A stretch of 36,340 bases of DNA. It comes from an uncultured Capnocytophaga sp. GTDB lineage: Bacteria > Bacteroidota > Bacteroidia > Flavobacteriales > Flavobacteriaceae. Location: NCBI GenBank assembly GCA_905372595.1, contig CAJPPS010000001.1, positions 1 through 36,340 of the forward strand, written 5' to 3'. The first letter of the stretch is position 1. The number at the start of each line of letters is the position of its first letter. A model generated the notes under the pieces. The model did not search any database. It saw only the letters and a list, made by a program, of their open reading frames with translations, and was not told where the DNA came from. The translations under genes and the position numbers were made by a program. Positions 19,601-28,977 of the stretch are shown here, in pieces.

Positions 19601-19777
19601 ATCGGTGAGAGTAGAAAGGGAAGTCCCCTTAATCGTCACCAAAACCCCTGAGAGGGGCTTGGACTTAGCGTCCTTGACCGCCCCAGAGATTTTCAATTGC
19701 TCCTGAGCGAAGGAGGCAACGCCTCCTCCCAGAAAGAGCAATAGCATTAGTAGCATTTTCATTCTCAATGTATTCAT
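16631..19777 (-). CDS. SusC/RagA family outer-membrane transporter with truncated plug and no evident TonB box (cassette 1)
   Basis: Signal peptide; carboxypeptidase-regulatory-like N-domain; SusC signature IESFKVLKDASATAVYGPRAIAGVVVVTTKKG; RYDAS, LTYEK and IRLKEISLGY; ends FTLRIGL. Confidence 0.92.
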   Translation of the reverse strand: MNTLRMKMLLMLLLFLGGGVASFAQEQLKISGAVKDAKSKPLSGVLVTIKGTSLSTLTDFDGLYTLTLSKGQSLVFSLKGMQTQEITPTSSVVDVTLLATGEQLTKKEASAPMNTNTRGQTSISKEVKPLWVLNGVILQDDIDLKPEELVSDDAKMLIASAIPGLTAESIESFKVLKDASATAVYGPRAIAGVVVVTTKKGTSGASTITYTNESTFRFIPTYGEYNIMNSQDQMSVIQELIRGGHLTPDITSIWERKGLMGRMYELHNVVDASGNFAVPNTPEGRLAYMQAAEKRNTNWFKELFQTSIMQNHTLSFSSGSDKSSYYASLSLLSDPGWQKNTTYSQYSGNLNANYNLSSKFSLNVITDLSYKTQSTPIITEGSIYNYALTHSRILDPKEHYKYRYTPYNALEEINNSYTDTDIATLRLQAQLTYKITPKVKATLMGAIRYQSNIANRELNENSNYANSFRYMPNALIRTYNKYLYKDPNNPFALPVSVLPEGGIRRKTEATTTANTFRATLNYNDSFANGLHTLGLFGGFEMDNAKHANDITDHFGLLYNSGNYGTYSYKWFQFWQEQGYTYYSLNNTINNNQAFFGNATYTFKNRYTVNGTLRYDASNQFGPSPYIRWMPTWNTGVSWNVTQEHFFQYLKPISHLSFNASFGVTAVAPSVSNSLSQIYTNDPWRNSSQRELGLSISNTANHDLTYEKNQELNLGADFGLFNDRVNLSLTWFNRKNYDLIGGITTQGISGTIVKKGNMAEMRTQGLEIGLETTNIKTADFSWRTSFVYSRATNEVTKLLTNPTIQDMVGYNSKKATSQGGFAKEGYPLKSLFSVPFNGLDNRGLPTFKDQNGETTINGVRFDSPNVDFLKYSGTLIPTDKGSFTNTLNYKGISLGVVLTYSYGNVVRLRGMRNIYNDYTTVPRELNNRWQYPGDENKTDVPVLYTTYMYQRLFNGWKELNQAYLTYDYSDVRIAKGDNIRLKEISLGYTFDRNFLRESRIRQLSVKLQATNLALLYADKKLNGDDPDFLANGHTPISPKRLIFTLRIGL

Positions 19778-19861
19778 ATCTTATTTTTCTTGTTGTTCCC
19801 TCTGAAAATAAACAGCTTTTTCAAGCAAAATCAAGCTTTTTCTTGCTGTAAATTTGAGTTA

Positions 19862-19869
19862 CAAAGTTA
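19862..19869 (-). promoter_or_regulatory. -7 promoter box of cassette 1
   Basis: TAACTTTG on the minus strand 85 bp upstream of the SusC ATG; no canonical -33 TTTG. Confidence 0.65.
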
Positions 19870-20050
19870 CAAAAAAGAAACGAATCCAGTTATTTTTTTA
19901 ACATAAAAAATCCTTACAAAATAAGACTAAGAACTCTTTTTTATTAAATAACTGTTAATCATACACATTCACTCTACTATTGATATAAAACAACAGCCCC
20001 AAGCAATGTCTTTGACCATCAGAAGTACTTTCCTTCTTCTAGACAATAAA

Positions 20051-20078
20051 AAAATCCCTTCACTAAGGAAAGGATTTT
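20051..20078 (-). terminator. Intrinsic terminator of cassette 2
   Basis: AAAATCCCTTC-ACTAAG-GAAAGGATTTT hairpin with flanking A-run, 20 bp after stop 20099. Confidence 0.8.
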
Positions 20079-20098
20079 CAAGGTTTGTTACACATTTT

Positions 20099-21436
20099 TT
20101 ATTTCTTAACAAGCATCCACACATTAGCATCTCTTGCTGCGGTGAGCTTATAATAATCATCTGAATATTCTTCTACAATATAGGGGGATTGCTTAGCTAT
20201 GTCCTCCATAAACTTCCCTAAATGCTCTCTACAATAGAACAAATGATTTCCTTCGTCCTTAGGGTTATTTATAAGAATTTTCACCTGATTAGCCGCTCCT
20301 GCCACTCCTACAAAATCCATCATATAGTAAGCAGTGAGCTTGTAGGTGTCATCTGTATCATAGACATTCTCCATATAGAATCCTGTGGATCGGTCTCCTT
20401 CGTTTCCATCCATTGTAAGAAAGAGCAATTGTTCAGAAAGGGTAAATCCTGGTAATAAGCGAGCTGTTCTGCGCCTAGTGGTATTGAAACTTCTAACCAA
20501 AGAGGGAGACACATAACCGTTCAAGAACCATATCTGGAAGCTACTTCCTGCTGTTGTAGGAGGAAGCAGAGGAGATGTTACAAAATCTGAGCTGATACTT
20601 CCGTCAGGGGTAGCCAGGGCAGTCTTAGCATCGTTCAGGTAGAACTCTGAGAGAGTATGCCCATTAATCGTTACAGGCTCATAGAGCTTGATTCCCTTTT
20701 CGGTAAGGATAAAAGCCCGTTGTTCATACTTACGTCCTTCGTCATAGATGAAAGCCAACTGACGTACGCTGGGAAAGAGGTCAAGCTTCACTTCTACCCC
20801 TCCTACTTGGATAGGAGAAAGTCCTTTGTTCTTAAGTACATCTCGGTTTTCTCGGATTTTGTTAAGGAAAGCCTCTCTATCGGTAGTGAGCTTGGTCAGG
20901 GTCATTATATTTTCATTTCTTTTCCCTTTGAGAGTGAAACCTCCATCTTGCTCTTTTTCGATAATAAAATCCACTTCTCCTCCTTTAGCATTAGGAAAGT
21001 TAGACGTTACATGAGAGAAATGATGGAGTACTTCTCCATAAGTATTGAAACTCAAAATCGGAAATTCCGCCAATGAATAAGTATAGCGAGAGGTATCTTC
21101 GTCATTAGTCGTTTTCACCTCTGAAGAGGCGGTTACCTTTCCTTCTGAGAATTTCAGGACAAAATTATACCCTCCTAAAGCACGGTGGTACTTAGGATAA
21201 TCATTGGTAGAGGGAAAAATTGTAGGATAATAGGGATATACCCAAAAACCATCTCGATATTCTTCAGGATAGTAGGTAAGAAGCCAATATCCATTATCTC
21301 CTTCCAGAACTTGCTTATATTTGCCTAAAACAGAGAGGGTACGCTCTGTAGGTTTTTGTTCGAAAACAGGATCTTCCTTATACTGGCAAGCAGTAAAAGA
21401 GAGCAAAGCAAGGCATAAGCTGATATATTTTTTCAT
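20099..21436 (-). CDS. DUF4302-like lipoprotein (cassette 2)
   Basis: Lipobox FTAC; VFEQKPTER, GGYNF, LSFNTYGEVLHHF; paralog of 12555-13871. Confidence 0.8.
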   Translation of the reverse strand: MKKYISLCLALLSFTACQYKEDPVFEQKPTERTLSVLGKYKQVLEGDNGYWLLTYYPEEYRDGFWVYPYYPTIFPSTNDYPKYHRALGGYNFVLKFSEGKVTASSEVKTTNDEDTSRYTYSLAEFPILSFNTYGEVLHHFSHVTSNFPNAKGGEVDFIIEKEQDGGFTLKGKRNENIMTLTKLTTDREAFLNKIRENRDVLKNKGLSPIQVGGVEVKLDLFPSVRQLAFIYDEGRKYEQRAFILTEKGIKLYEPVTINGHTLSEFYLNDAKTALATPDGSISSDFVTSPLLPPTTAGSSFQIWFLNGYVSPSLVRSFNTTRRRTARLLPGFTLSEQLLFLTMDGNEGDRSTGFYMENVYDTDDTYKLTAYYMMDFVGVAGAANQVKILINNPKDEGNHLFYCREHLGKFMEDIAKQSPYIVEEYSDDYYKLTAARDANVWMLVKK

Positions 21437-21438
21437 AA

Positions 21439-22566
21439 TTAATTGTCATTTAAGTTAGAGAAATCTTTTCTGGGCACTGTATTTCCATAGAAGTCTTTCC
21501 CTACTACATAAGGGTATCGGCTACGGATTTCAGCACGTAGGGCATCAAGGTCAATATTCCAAGTGGTGGAAAGATAGTTCTTCATAATGGCTATTTTTTG
21601 CTCTATCTTTTCCTTACCTGTATACTGTTCTGTATCACGGATTTTCGTATTGGCACGCTCCATCACCTCTTGCCATACTTGAGAAGAATCATAATTTACA
21701 TAGCGGTTATCATAGAGCAATCCATAGTTCCAGCGCTTATTTCTCCAATTGTAATAAGCCACAGCATCATAACCATCAGGGAAACTCTGCAAATCAGGAT
21801 CAGAGGAATTCCTACCCCATTGGGTCTGGTCAGTAGTAGCACAGTTACAACCATCCAAATCTGCATTGAAGAAAACAATATAGCGGGCTAAAAGCTCTAC
21901 GAAGTCCTCATCTTTGTTAAAGCTGGAATATCCTGTAATAAACCCTGCCTTGAGGTAATCCTCTCCTTGCCAAGAGGTTGTCCAGTTTCCTCCTTTATAG
22001 TCATTTCCTGAAATTCTCTCATACTCAGGGTCAAAACGAATAGACTGATGCCAAGTATGAGCATTCTCGTGGTAAAGAGTTACCAAGATATTATCATTGA
22101 GCCAATAGATATTATTAGGTTCCGTATTATTAATCTCGGTAAGGTGGATCTTGACTCCTGCTACAGCAAGCCCTACCAGCTTAGACCCATTGGGGTTAAA
22201 GGCAGGGTCTCCTATAAGGATTAGTGTCCTAAAAGAGTGCTCATTGAGGAACTTCTGGGAGGTCATCTTCACATAAGGCTCAATAAAGAGATATTTGAAG
22301 ATATTAGCAAACTCCACTGCTTTTTCATATCTTACAGGAGAAAAAGTATAAGTACGGTCTACTTCTTCCTCGATAAACTGGTATAATACGCTTATATTAT
22401 AGGGTTTCTCTACATTGTTATAGAGGTATCTATCCAGTTCGTTCTGAGGGTTAATCCGCTCATTATGTTCTATAGAGGGCATTAAGGAACTTTCATCGGA
22501 AAGTTTGTCATTAGCAGTACATCCTACAAGGCTTACTGCCAAAAAAGAATATAGTATTTTTTTCAT
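21439..22566 (-). CDS. Zinc metallohydrolase/metallopeptidase lipoprotein (cassette 2)
   Basis: Lipobox LVGC; YHENAHTWHQ; GFITGYS and EDFVE. Confidence 0.85.
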   Translation of the reverse strand: MKKILYSFLAVSLVGCTANDKLSDESSLMPSIEHNERINPQNELDRYLYNNVEKPYNISVLYQFIEEEVDRTYTFSPVRYEKAVEFANIFKYLFIEPYVKMTSQKFLNEHSFRTLILIGDPAFNPNGSKLVGLAVAGVKIHLTEINNTEPNNIYWLNDNILVTLYHENAHTWHQSIRFDPEYERISGNDYKGGNWTTSWQGEDYLKAGFITGYSSFNKDEDFVELLARYIVFFNADLDGCNCATTDQTQWGRNSSDPDLQSFPDGYDAVAYYNWRNKRWNYGLLYDNRYVNYDSSQVWQEVMERANTKIRDTEQYTGKEKIEQKIAIMKNYLSTTWNIDLDALRAEIRSRYPYVVGKDFYGNTVPRKDFSNLNDN

Positions 22567-22578
22567 AAGTGCAGTGTT

Positions 22579-24213
22579 TTATCTTGGGTTGGGTTCCATT
22601 CCTGCTCCTAAGACCTCATCGGGGAGCTGGAAAGTGTTTCTAAGATCTCCGGAGGTAAGTATATCGGATACTTGATAGGTTCCGTTTCCGTATTTTTGGT
22701 AACGAGGCACTTCTATATTGTACCGCCTAATGTCCTGCCAGCGGAGTCCTTCGCCAAGAGTTAGGATACGGCGACACTGAAGTAGGTAGTGTAACATAGC
22801 TGTTTGATCTTCCGAAAGGGTATTGGTGAAAGTAGGATGAAGATTTTTCTTCTGAGTAACTCCTTCCACAGTACTTTGGGAATAAGGCATATTGGTATCA
22901 TTATAGAAAGTCTTGATATCATCTACCGTAAAACCTGTATTTCTATTGGTAGAGCCTCGTATAGTTAGCACCTTAACATAGCCCTTAGTCCAAAGGTTCA
23001 GGTCTCTGATAGCTCCCTCAAGGTCATTTTTCATAATCTTTGCTTCGGCACGTACCATAAGGGTTTCATCGGTAGTAAAAGGCACAATGATAGTCCCATA
23101 GAGGTCAGATCCTCGTTTAAAACGAGGAAATTTCCCCATCAGTACAATATCATATTCCCTACCTCCTGTATTGTTCGTAAAGGGAAGAAACCAATAGCGT
23201 GAATACCCATTGGTAGCATTCTGTGCTAAGGGATCCCAAAGGTTACGGGCTCCTAAGGTCTCTTTTTCAGAGACAAAGAAGTTATGGATATAGCGAGCAG
23301 GATTGTTTTCGTTAAAATAACTTGCCTCAGAGATTTCTGTATAGGTAGGTTGTAGCATTAGGTTGGCATCTATGTTTTCCTTGGTATAATAGAGGGCATA
23401 GTTATTCCTACGAGTGGAACCTATCTTGGTAGCATCACCGAAATCACTCCATTTCCTAAGGAGATTGGCAGTGGTAGCATCATTCTCTGTAAGGACTACA
23501 TTGGCATAGGCTATTGCCTTATCCCACTGCTGGTAATAGAGGAAGAAGCGAGCGGCAAAGGCATAAGCTGCCTTTTTATTGAAGTGATACTTAGGCATTT
23601 GATAATAGTTATCATCAATTAGGGGTAGTCCTGCCTCAATATCTGTAGCAATTTTTTGATAGAAGTCAGCTACATTTCCACGAGGATATTTTACAATGAG
23701 CTTATCCTCTATCTGGGTCATATAGGGAAGTCCCAAATCAGTACTACTAGTAGTAGTATTATATGCTTTACAGAAGACATTGGCTAAGCAGAAATGTGCA
23801 TAAGCACGAATCATCAGCGCTTCCCCTTTGGCGGGGTTTAGGGAAGTGGCATTACCCAACTTCTCTTCTATTGCTTTTAGGGCACGATTGGCAGAGGAAA
23901 TAGCATCATAGTGGTATTCCCAAAAATAATGCAAGCCATCGTAGTCCCAATATTCTTTTACAGGTTTCCAATAGGCTGCCTCTCCTGCAAAGAAAGGTAC
24001 ATAAGGAATCACTTCCCCATTATCGGCAATATTATCCGAAGCAAGCTCTGTGATATAGGTAGCGGTTGTCTTAGGATAGGCATCGGTAAGTACCGCTTTT
24101 ACCTCTTCGGGAGTAGAAATCTCCTGTAACCTTTTATCGGGCATCTCATCGAGTAAGTCATTACAGGAGGAGAGCGCAAAGGCAGTTATTATAAGTATAT
24201 ATATCTTTTTCAT
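22579..24213 (-). CDS. SusD/RagB family lipoprotein (cassette 2)
   Basis: MKKIY start (ATG 24213); lipobox LSSC-NDLLDEMPD; GEALMIRAYAHF, GEGLRWQDIRRY, PNPR. Confidence 0.92.
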   Translation of the reverse strand: MKKIYILIITAFALSSCNDLLDEMPDKRLQEISTPEEVKAVLTDAYPKTTATYITELASDNIADNGEVIPYVPFFAGEAAYWKPVKEYWDYDGLHYFWEYHYDAISSANRALKAIEEKLGNATSLNPAKGEALMIRAYAHFCLANVFCKAYNTTTSSTDLGLPYMTQIEDKLIVKYPRGNVADFYQKIATDIEAGLPLIDDNYYQMPKYHFNKKAAYAFAARFFLYYQQWDKAIAYANVVLTENDATTANLLRKWSDFGDATKIGSTRRNNYALYYTKENIDANLMLQPTYTEISEASYFNENNPARYIHNFFVSEKETLGARNLWDPLAQNATNGYSRYWFLPFTNNTGGREYDIVLMGKFPRFKRGSDLYGTIIVPFTTDETLMVRAEAKIMKNDLEGAIRDLNLWTKGYVKVLTIRGSTNRNTGFTVDDIKTFYNDTNMPYSQSTVEGVTQKKNLHPTFTNTLSEDQTAMLHYLLQCRRILTLGEGLRWQDIRRYNIEVPRYQKYGNGTYQVSDILTSGDLRNTFQLPDEVLGAGMEPNPR

Positions 24214-24230
24214 TGTCAATAGTTTTTAGG

Positions 24231-27200
24231 TTATAGTCCCACACGTAGGGTAAATATCAATCTCTTAGGAGCAATAGGGGTGTTGGAGATTAGGTAATCA
24301 GGGTCATCGCCATTGAGCCTCTTATCGGCATAAAGTAAGGCAAGATTGGTAGCTTGCAACTTTACACTAAGCTGGCGAATACGAGTCTCCCGCAAGAAAT
24401 TTTTATCAAAAGTATAACCTATAGAGACTTCTTTTAGGCGAATATTATCTCCCTTGGCTATACGCACATCGGAATAATCATAAGAGCGATAAGCTCTATC
24501 TAATAGACTATTATAGCCATATCGGTACTGCTGGTAACCACTGAAGAGCACAGGAATATTAGTTTTCTTCTCATCTCCTGCGAACTGCCAACGGTCATTG
24601 ACTTCATTAGGGATAGAAGTAGCATCCGCATAAGTACCGCTATAGATATTCCTAATTCCCTTAAGGCGTACCACATTTCCATAAGCATAGGTAAACACTA
24701 CTCCTACTGATATTCCCTTGTAGGAGAAGGTATTGCCCAAGCTACCCCTATCGGTAGGAACAAGGGTTCCTGAATACTTAAGGAAATCCACCCTTCTGTC
24801 CTTCATATCAATATTGAAGCGAGTGGAGTTGCCCTGTTGGTCAAGGAAAGTAGGGAGTCCCTCCCCATCCAAGCCATTGAAAGGTACTGAGAAGAGAGAG
24901 CTTAGGGGATATCCTTCTCGAGAGAATCCTCCAGTTCCTGTATAACCTACCATATCCCCTATAGTAGGAGCGGTGTTGAGCTTGGTAATTTCATTGGTAT
25001 TATAAGAATGTACAAAGGAAGTTCTCCAAGAGAAGTCTGCTGTCTTGATATTGGTAGTTTCCAAGCCTATTTCAAGCCCTCGACTACGCAATTCAGCTAT
25101 ATTACCACTCTTGGTGATAGTCCCCCCTACCCCTTGTGTAGTTACATTCCCTATAAGGTCATAGCTCTTACGCTGAAACCAAGTCAAGGATACATTCAAT
25201 CGAGATTTGAACAAACCAAACTGAGTGCCAAGGTTTAGCTCTTGATTTTTCTCATAAGTAAGGTCATTATTAGCCAAATTGGAACGATAGATACTGGGTT
25301 CCCTTTCAGCAGAGTTACGCCAAGCCAACTGATAATACAGCTGTGCTAAGGAATTACTCATAGAAGGCGCTACTGCTGTTACCCCATAGGAAGCACTGAA
25401 GCTTAAGTGTGAGAAAGGCTTGAGAGAGGAGAAGAATTTCTCCTGAGCTACATTCCAAGTAACTCCTACATTCCAAGTAGGCATCCAGCGGACAAAGCGG
25501 GCTGGACCAAATTGGTTGGAAGCATCGTAGCGTAAGGTACCATTGAGTGTATAGCGACTATTATAGGTATAGGAGGCATTCCCGAAGATAGCCTGGTTAT
25601 TATCCACTGTATTGGTAATATCATAATAATCCTCGGACTGTTCTTGGAGGTATTTGAAGAAATTATAGGTATAAGCTCCCAAATTTCCTGCATTATAGAT
25701 AGTTCCATAAAACCTATTGGTGTCATCCGTTTTTTTAGTATTATCCATATCAAACCCTCCATAGAGTGCTACCGTATGAAGCCCGTCAAGGAAAGTATCA
25801 TTATAGTTCAGGGTAGCACGGAAGTTATTTCCGTTGGAAGTACGTACGCGCTTGATACGCACCCCTCCTTGAGGAAGTACCACCTGAGGAATAGAAAATG
25901 GATCATTAGGATCTTTGTAGAGATAGGAGTTATAATCCCTTACCGTTTCATTAGGAGCGGCTCTAAAGCGTTCTGCATAGTTGGATTTTTCAGTTCGTTC
26001 TGTATTACGGATATTGGACTGGTAGCGGATAGCTCCCATCACTACTGCCTTGAGCTTAGGGGTGATATTATAAGTAAGCTGTCCCTGAACGCGCAAGGTA
26101 GCCAAGTCTCTTGTAAGATAGTCATTATCTATCTCACTGAGAATATTACGGGGTGCATAATAGTAGGAATAGCTATCTTTAGGGTCTAAGGTACGAGGAT
26201 AGGCTAAAGCATATTCATATAAGTTGGTATAAGAGCTTCTCTGCTCTTGATAGGATAGGTCAGTTATCACATTAAGGCTGAGCTTGGAGGAGAAGTTATA
26301 ATTGGCATTAAGGCTTCCCGCATACTGGTTCATTGTATTCCCTTTTTGCCATCCTGGGTCAGAGAGAATATTCAAGGAGGCATAATAGGTGGATTTTGCC
26401 CCTCCTGCTGATAGGGATAGGGTATGGTTCTGCATAATGCTTGTCTGGAAAAGCTCCTTGAACCAGTTGGTATTTCTACGTTCTGCAGCTCTTAAATATG
26501 CCAAGCGCCCTTCTTCAGTATTGGATACCAAGGGTTGCCCATTACTCCCGAGAACATTCATTAGCTCATACATACGCCCTACCACTCCCTTGGTGCGAGC
26601 GGTTACAAAATAATTAGCAGGCATACGTCCTTTTCGCATAGCTTCTTGTAGGAATCCCATTTGGTCTTGGGAGTTCATAATGTTATATTGGTTATAAGAA
26701 GGAATCATTCGGAAAGTAGATTCATTGGTATAGGTAATAGTACTACTTCCAGAATTCCCTTTTTTAGTGGTAACCACCACCACCCCTGCAATAGCACGAG
26801 GTCCATAGACAGCGGTAGCTGAGGCATCTTTAAGCACCTTAAAGCTTTCGATACTTTCAGCTGTAAGCCCAGGTATAGCAGAGGCAATCAGCATCTTGGC
26901 ATCACCTGAGACAAGGTCTTCAGGCTTGAGGTCTACCTCATCCTGAAGAATCACTCCATTGAGCACCCAAAGAGGTTTTGCTTCCTTAGCAATAGAAGTT
27001 TGCCCACGGGTATTGGTATTCATCGGGGTTTCTCCTTCTTTTTTTTCTTTGGAAGCGACCTCTCCTTCACGAAGCATAGCAATATCTACAATAGCTCCTT
27101 GAGGGGTAACCTCCTGAGAGGTCATTCCTTGTAGAGAAAAGACCAAGGTCTGTCCCTTGACTATTGTCAAGGAATACTTTCCTTCAAAATCAGTATAGGT

Positions 27201-27365
27201 ATTCTGTGAAGTACCCTTCACACCCACCTGCACTCCCACAAGTGGCTTAGACTGAGTGTCCTTAACCACTCCTGAGACTTTCAATTGCTCCTGAGCAAAG
27301 GAAGCATAACTTCCTGTAAGAAGGAGCAAGATTGTTAGTAACATCCTGAATTTTAATGTATTCAT
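24231..27365 (-). CDS. SusC/RagA family outer-membrane transporter with truncated plug and no evident TonB box (cassette 2)
   Basis: Same signature as cassette 1 (LKDASATAVYGPRAIAGVVVVTTKKG); ends FTLRVGL. Confidence 0.92.
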   Translation of the reverse strand: MNTLKFRMLLTILLLLTGSYASFAQEQLKVSGVVKDTQSKPLVGVQVGVKGTSQNTYTDFEGKYSLTIVKGQTLVFSLQGMTSQEVTPQGAIVDIAMLREGEVASKEKKEGETPMNTNTRGQTSIAKEAKPLWVLNGVILQDEVDLKPEDLVSGDAKMLIASAIPGLTAESIESFKVLKDASATAVYGPRAIAGVVVVTTKKGNSGSSTITYTNESTFRMIPSYNQYNIMNSQDQMGFLQEAMRKGRMPANYFVTARTKGVVGRMYELMNVLGSNGQPLVSNTEEGRLAYLRAAERRNTNWFKELFQTSIMQNHTLSLSAGGAKSTYYASLNILSDPGWQKGNTMNQYAGSLNANYNFSSKLSLNVITDLSYQEQRSSYTNLYEYALAYPRTLDPKDSYSYYYAPRNILSEIDNDYLTRDLATLRVQGQLTYNITPKLKAVVMGAIRYQSNIRNTERTEKSNYAERFRAAPNETVRDYNSYLYKDPNDPFSIPQVVLPQGGVRIKRVRTSNGNNFRATLNYNDTFLDGLHTVALYGGFDMDNTKKTDDTNRFYGTIYNAGNLGAYTYNFFKYLQEQSEDYYDITNTVDNNQAIFGNASYTYNSRYTLNGTLRYDASNQFGPARFVRWMPTWNVGVTWNVAQEKFFSSLKPFSHLSFSASYGVTAVAPSMSNSLAQLYYQLAWRNSAEREPSIYRSNLANNDLTYEKNQELNLGTQFGLFKSRLNVSLTWFQRKSYDLIGNVTTQGVGGTITKSGNIAELRSRGLEIGLETTNIKTADFSWRTSFVHSYNTNEITKLNTAPTIGDMVGYTGTGGFSREGYPLSSLFSVPFNGLDGEGLPTFLDQQGNSTRFNIDMKDRRVDFLKYSGTLVPTDRGSLGNTFSYKGISVGVVFTYAYGNVVRLKGIRNIYSGTYADATSIPNEVNDRWQFAGDEKKTNIPVLFSGYQQYRYGYNSLLDRAYRSYDYSDVRIAKGDNIRLKEVSIGYTFDKNFLRETRIRQLSVKLQATNLALLYADKRLNGDDPDYLISNTPIAPKRLIFTLRVGL

Positions 27366-27446
27366 ATTTCAATTTTTCTACTGTTATCTAAAAAAGGAAA
27401 GCTTTCTTGATATATGTAAAACTCCCTTTATCCTGAAATAGAATAG

Positions 27447-27454
27447 CAAAATTA
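27447..27454 (-). promoter_or_regulatory. -7 promoter box of cassette 2
   Basis: TAATTTTG on the minus strand 82 bp upstream of the SusC ATG; no canonical -33 TTTG at a 19-21 bp spacer. Confidence 0.65.
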
Positions 27455-27605
27455 AAAAAAACAAATGGTTTTATCTATTTTTTTAACACAAAAAAAATAT
27501 TTATAAAGCCCGATAGATTATTATTTATTAATATTTGTTAATTTGATTAAGAGCTATCAATGAACTCTCAGTTGATATAAGGATCCATACTCATATTCAT
27601 TGAAA

Positions 27606-27638
27606 AAACCTTCTCCCTAATACTGAGGAAGAAGGTTT
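27606..27638 (-). terminator. Intrinsic terminator of cassette 3
   Basis: AAACCTTCT(C)CCT-AATACTG-AGG(A)AGAAGGTTT hairpin with flanking A-run, 28 bp after stop 27667. Confidence 0.8.
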
Positions 27639-27666
27639 CTATTCAAAAAAAGAAAAGAAGCATCTC

Positions 27667-28968
27667 TTATTTGTTCAAATGTAACCAATATTCACTATTA
27701 TTTACACTGGTAAGTTTATAATAAGTTCCCATATCTACTACCTGATAAGGACTTTGGGTTTCAAGTTCTTTGTAAAGAATATTCACTAGATAGGAAAAGA
27801 ATTGAATATAATTCTTCCGAGCTCCTGACCTATAAGCCTCATTATCAGCAGGGTCTTTCAGTAGGATACGCACTTGATCAGAGTGTTCCCCTACAGCTAC
27901 AAAGTCAGCTTCATAGTAGGTTGCCGCTCCATAAGTATTATCACTACTGGTTACATATTTGTAGAATCCTGTGGCATCTTGATCATCATTTCCACTGAGA
28001 ATCTGTACTTTTAACACCTTATCCCAAGACATATCATACCAAGAATACTCCCACTGTGTCCAAGCATTAGTATTGTTAAAAGTATTAGTAAAAGCAGTAG
28101 AGACCCCTGAGCCTCCAAAATCAATTGTTTTAGCTGTTCTCGTGATTTCTATAGGACAAGCTACCAAGGTAGTAGAAATAGCCCCATCTGGCGTTTTCAG
28201 AGCTGTATTATCATCATTAAAATTCAATTGAGTAAGGGTAACTCCATTAATAGTTATAGGCTCAAAAAAAACAATTCCTCTATCAGTGACTCTGAAGGCT
28301 TGTTGCTTGATTTCACTACCATAGGAGAACACAATCTGGCGATAGCTAGGAAAGAGCATCAGGCTTACAGAGGTACCTCCAAGAGTGATAGGAGTTAAGC
28401 CCTTACCTCTTAGGAGAGCTACATTTTCCCTTACTTTATTAAGGTAAGTTTCTCTATTCCCAGAGAATTTTTCTAAGGACATCTCTACATTAGAAGAGCG
28501 TCCCATTACGGTGAAAGAATCACCTTCCTTTTTCTGGATTACAAATTCAATATCTCCTCCACGAGCATTAGGAAACTGTCCTGAGGTTCTTCTAAAGTGG
28601 TGAAGTACTTTGTTATAGGTATCAAAACTCAGAGTAGGTCCCTCTGTTACCTGATAGGTAAAGAAAGAAGCTACTTCATCATTACTTGTTTCCACCTCTG
28701 AGGAAGCCCATACTTTTCCTGATTTGAGCTTTAGGAATATATTATATCCCCCAAGCCCCCGATCCGCTCTGGGATAGCTAGCAATACTTCTATTTACCTG
28801 AGGATAATAGGAAAGAAGCCAATAGCCATCATATTCCAAGTCTTTTTTATAAGCATCAAGGGTTTCTGTGGTTCTTCCTGCGGGTTTTTCATCAAATACT
28901 TCTGGTTCCTTATAGGTACAAGCAGCTATAAGTGGGAATATTAGGGTTAGTAGAATATATTTTTTCAT
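27667..28968 (-). CDS. DUF4302-like lipoprotein (cassette 3)
   Basis: Lipobox IAAC; VFDEKPAGR, GGYNI, LSFDTYNKVLHHF, PNARGGD. Confidence 0.8.
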   Translation of the reverse strand: MKKYILLTLIFPLIAACTYKEPEVFDEKPAGRTTETLDAYKKDLEYDGYWLLSYYPQVNRSIASYPRADRGLGGYNIFLKLKSGKVWASSEVETSNDEVASFFTYQVTEGPTLSFDTYNKVLHHFRRTSGQFPNARGGDIEFVIQKKEGDSFTVMGRSSNVEMSLEKFSGNRETYLNKVRENVALLRGKGLTPITLGGTSVSLMLFPSYRQIVFSYGSEIKQQAFRVTDRGIVFFEPITINGVTLTQLNFNDDNTALKTPDGAISTTLVACPIEITRTAKTIDFGGSGVSTAFTNTFNNTNAWTQWEYSWYDMSWDKVLKVQILSGNDDQDATGFYKYVTSSDNTYGAATYYEADFVAVGEHSDQVRILLKDPADNEAYRSGARKNYIQFFSYLVNILYKELETQSPYQVVDMGTYYKLTSVNNSEYWLHLNK

Positions 28969-28977
28969 ATGCGAGTT

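Noticed and set aside
19969..20160. 63 aa minus-strand ORF between cassettes 2 and 1
   Set aside because: It overlaps the end of the DUF4302 gene and runs through the terminator hairpin; no counterpart at the other junction
27039..27046. A8 homopolymer in the SusC2 linker and A/T runs near the cassette promoters as phase-variation switches
   Set aside because: The runs are short and expected in AT-rich Lys/Glu codons and intergenic DNA; all frames are intact
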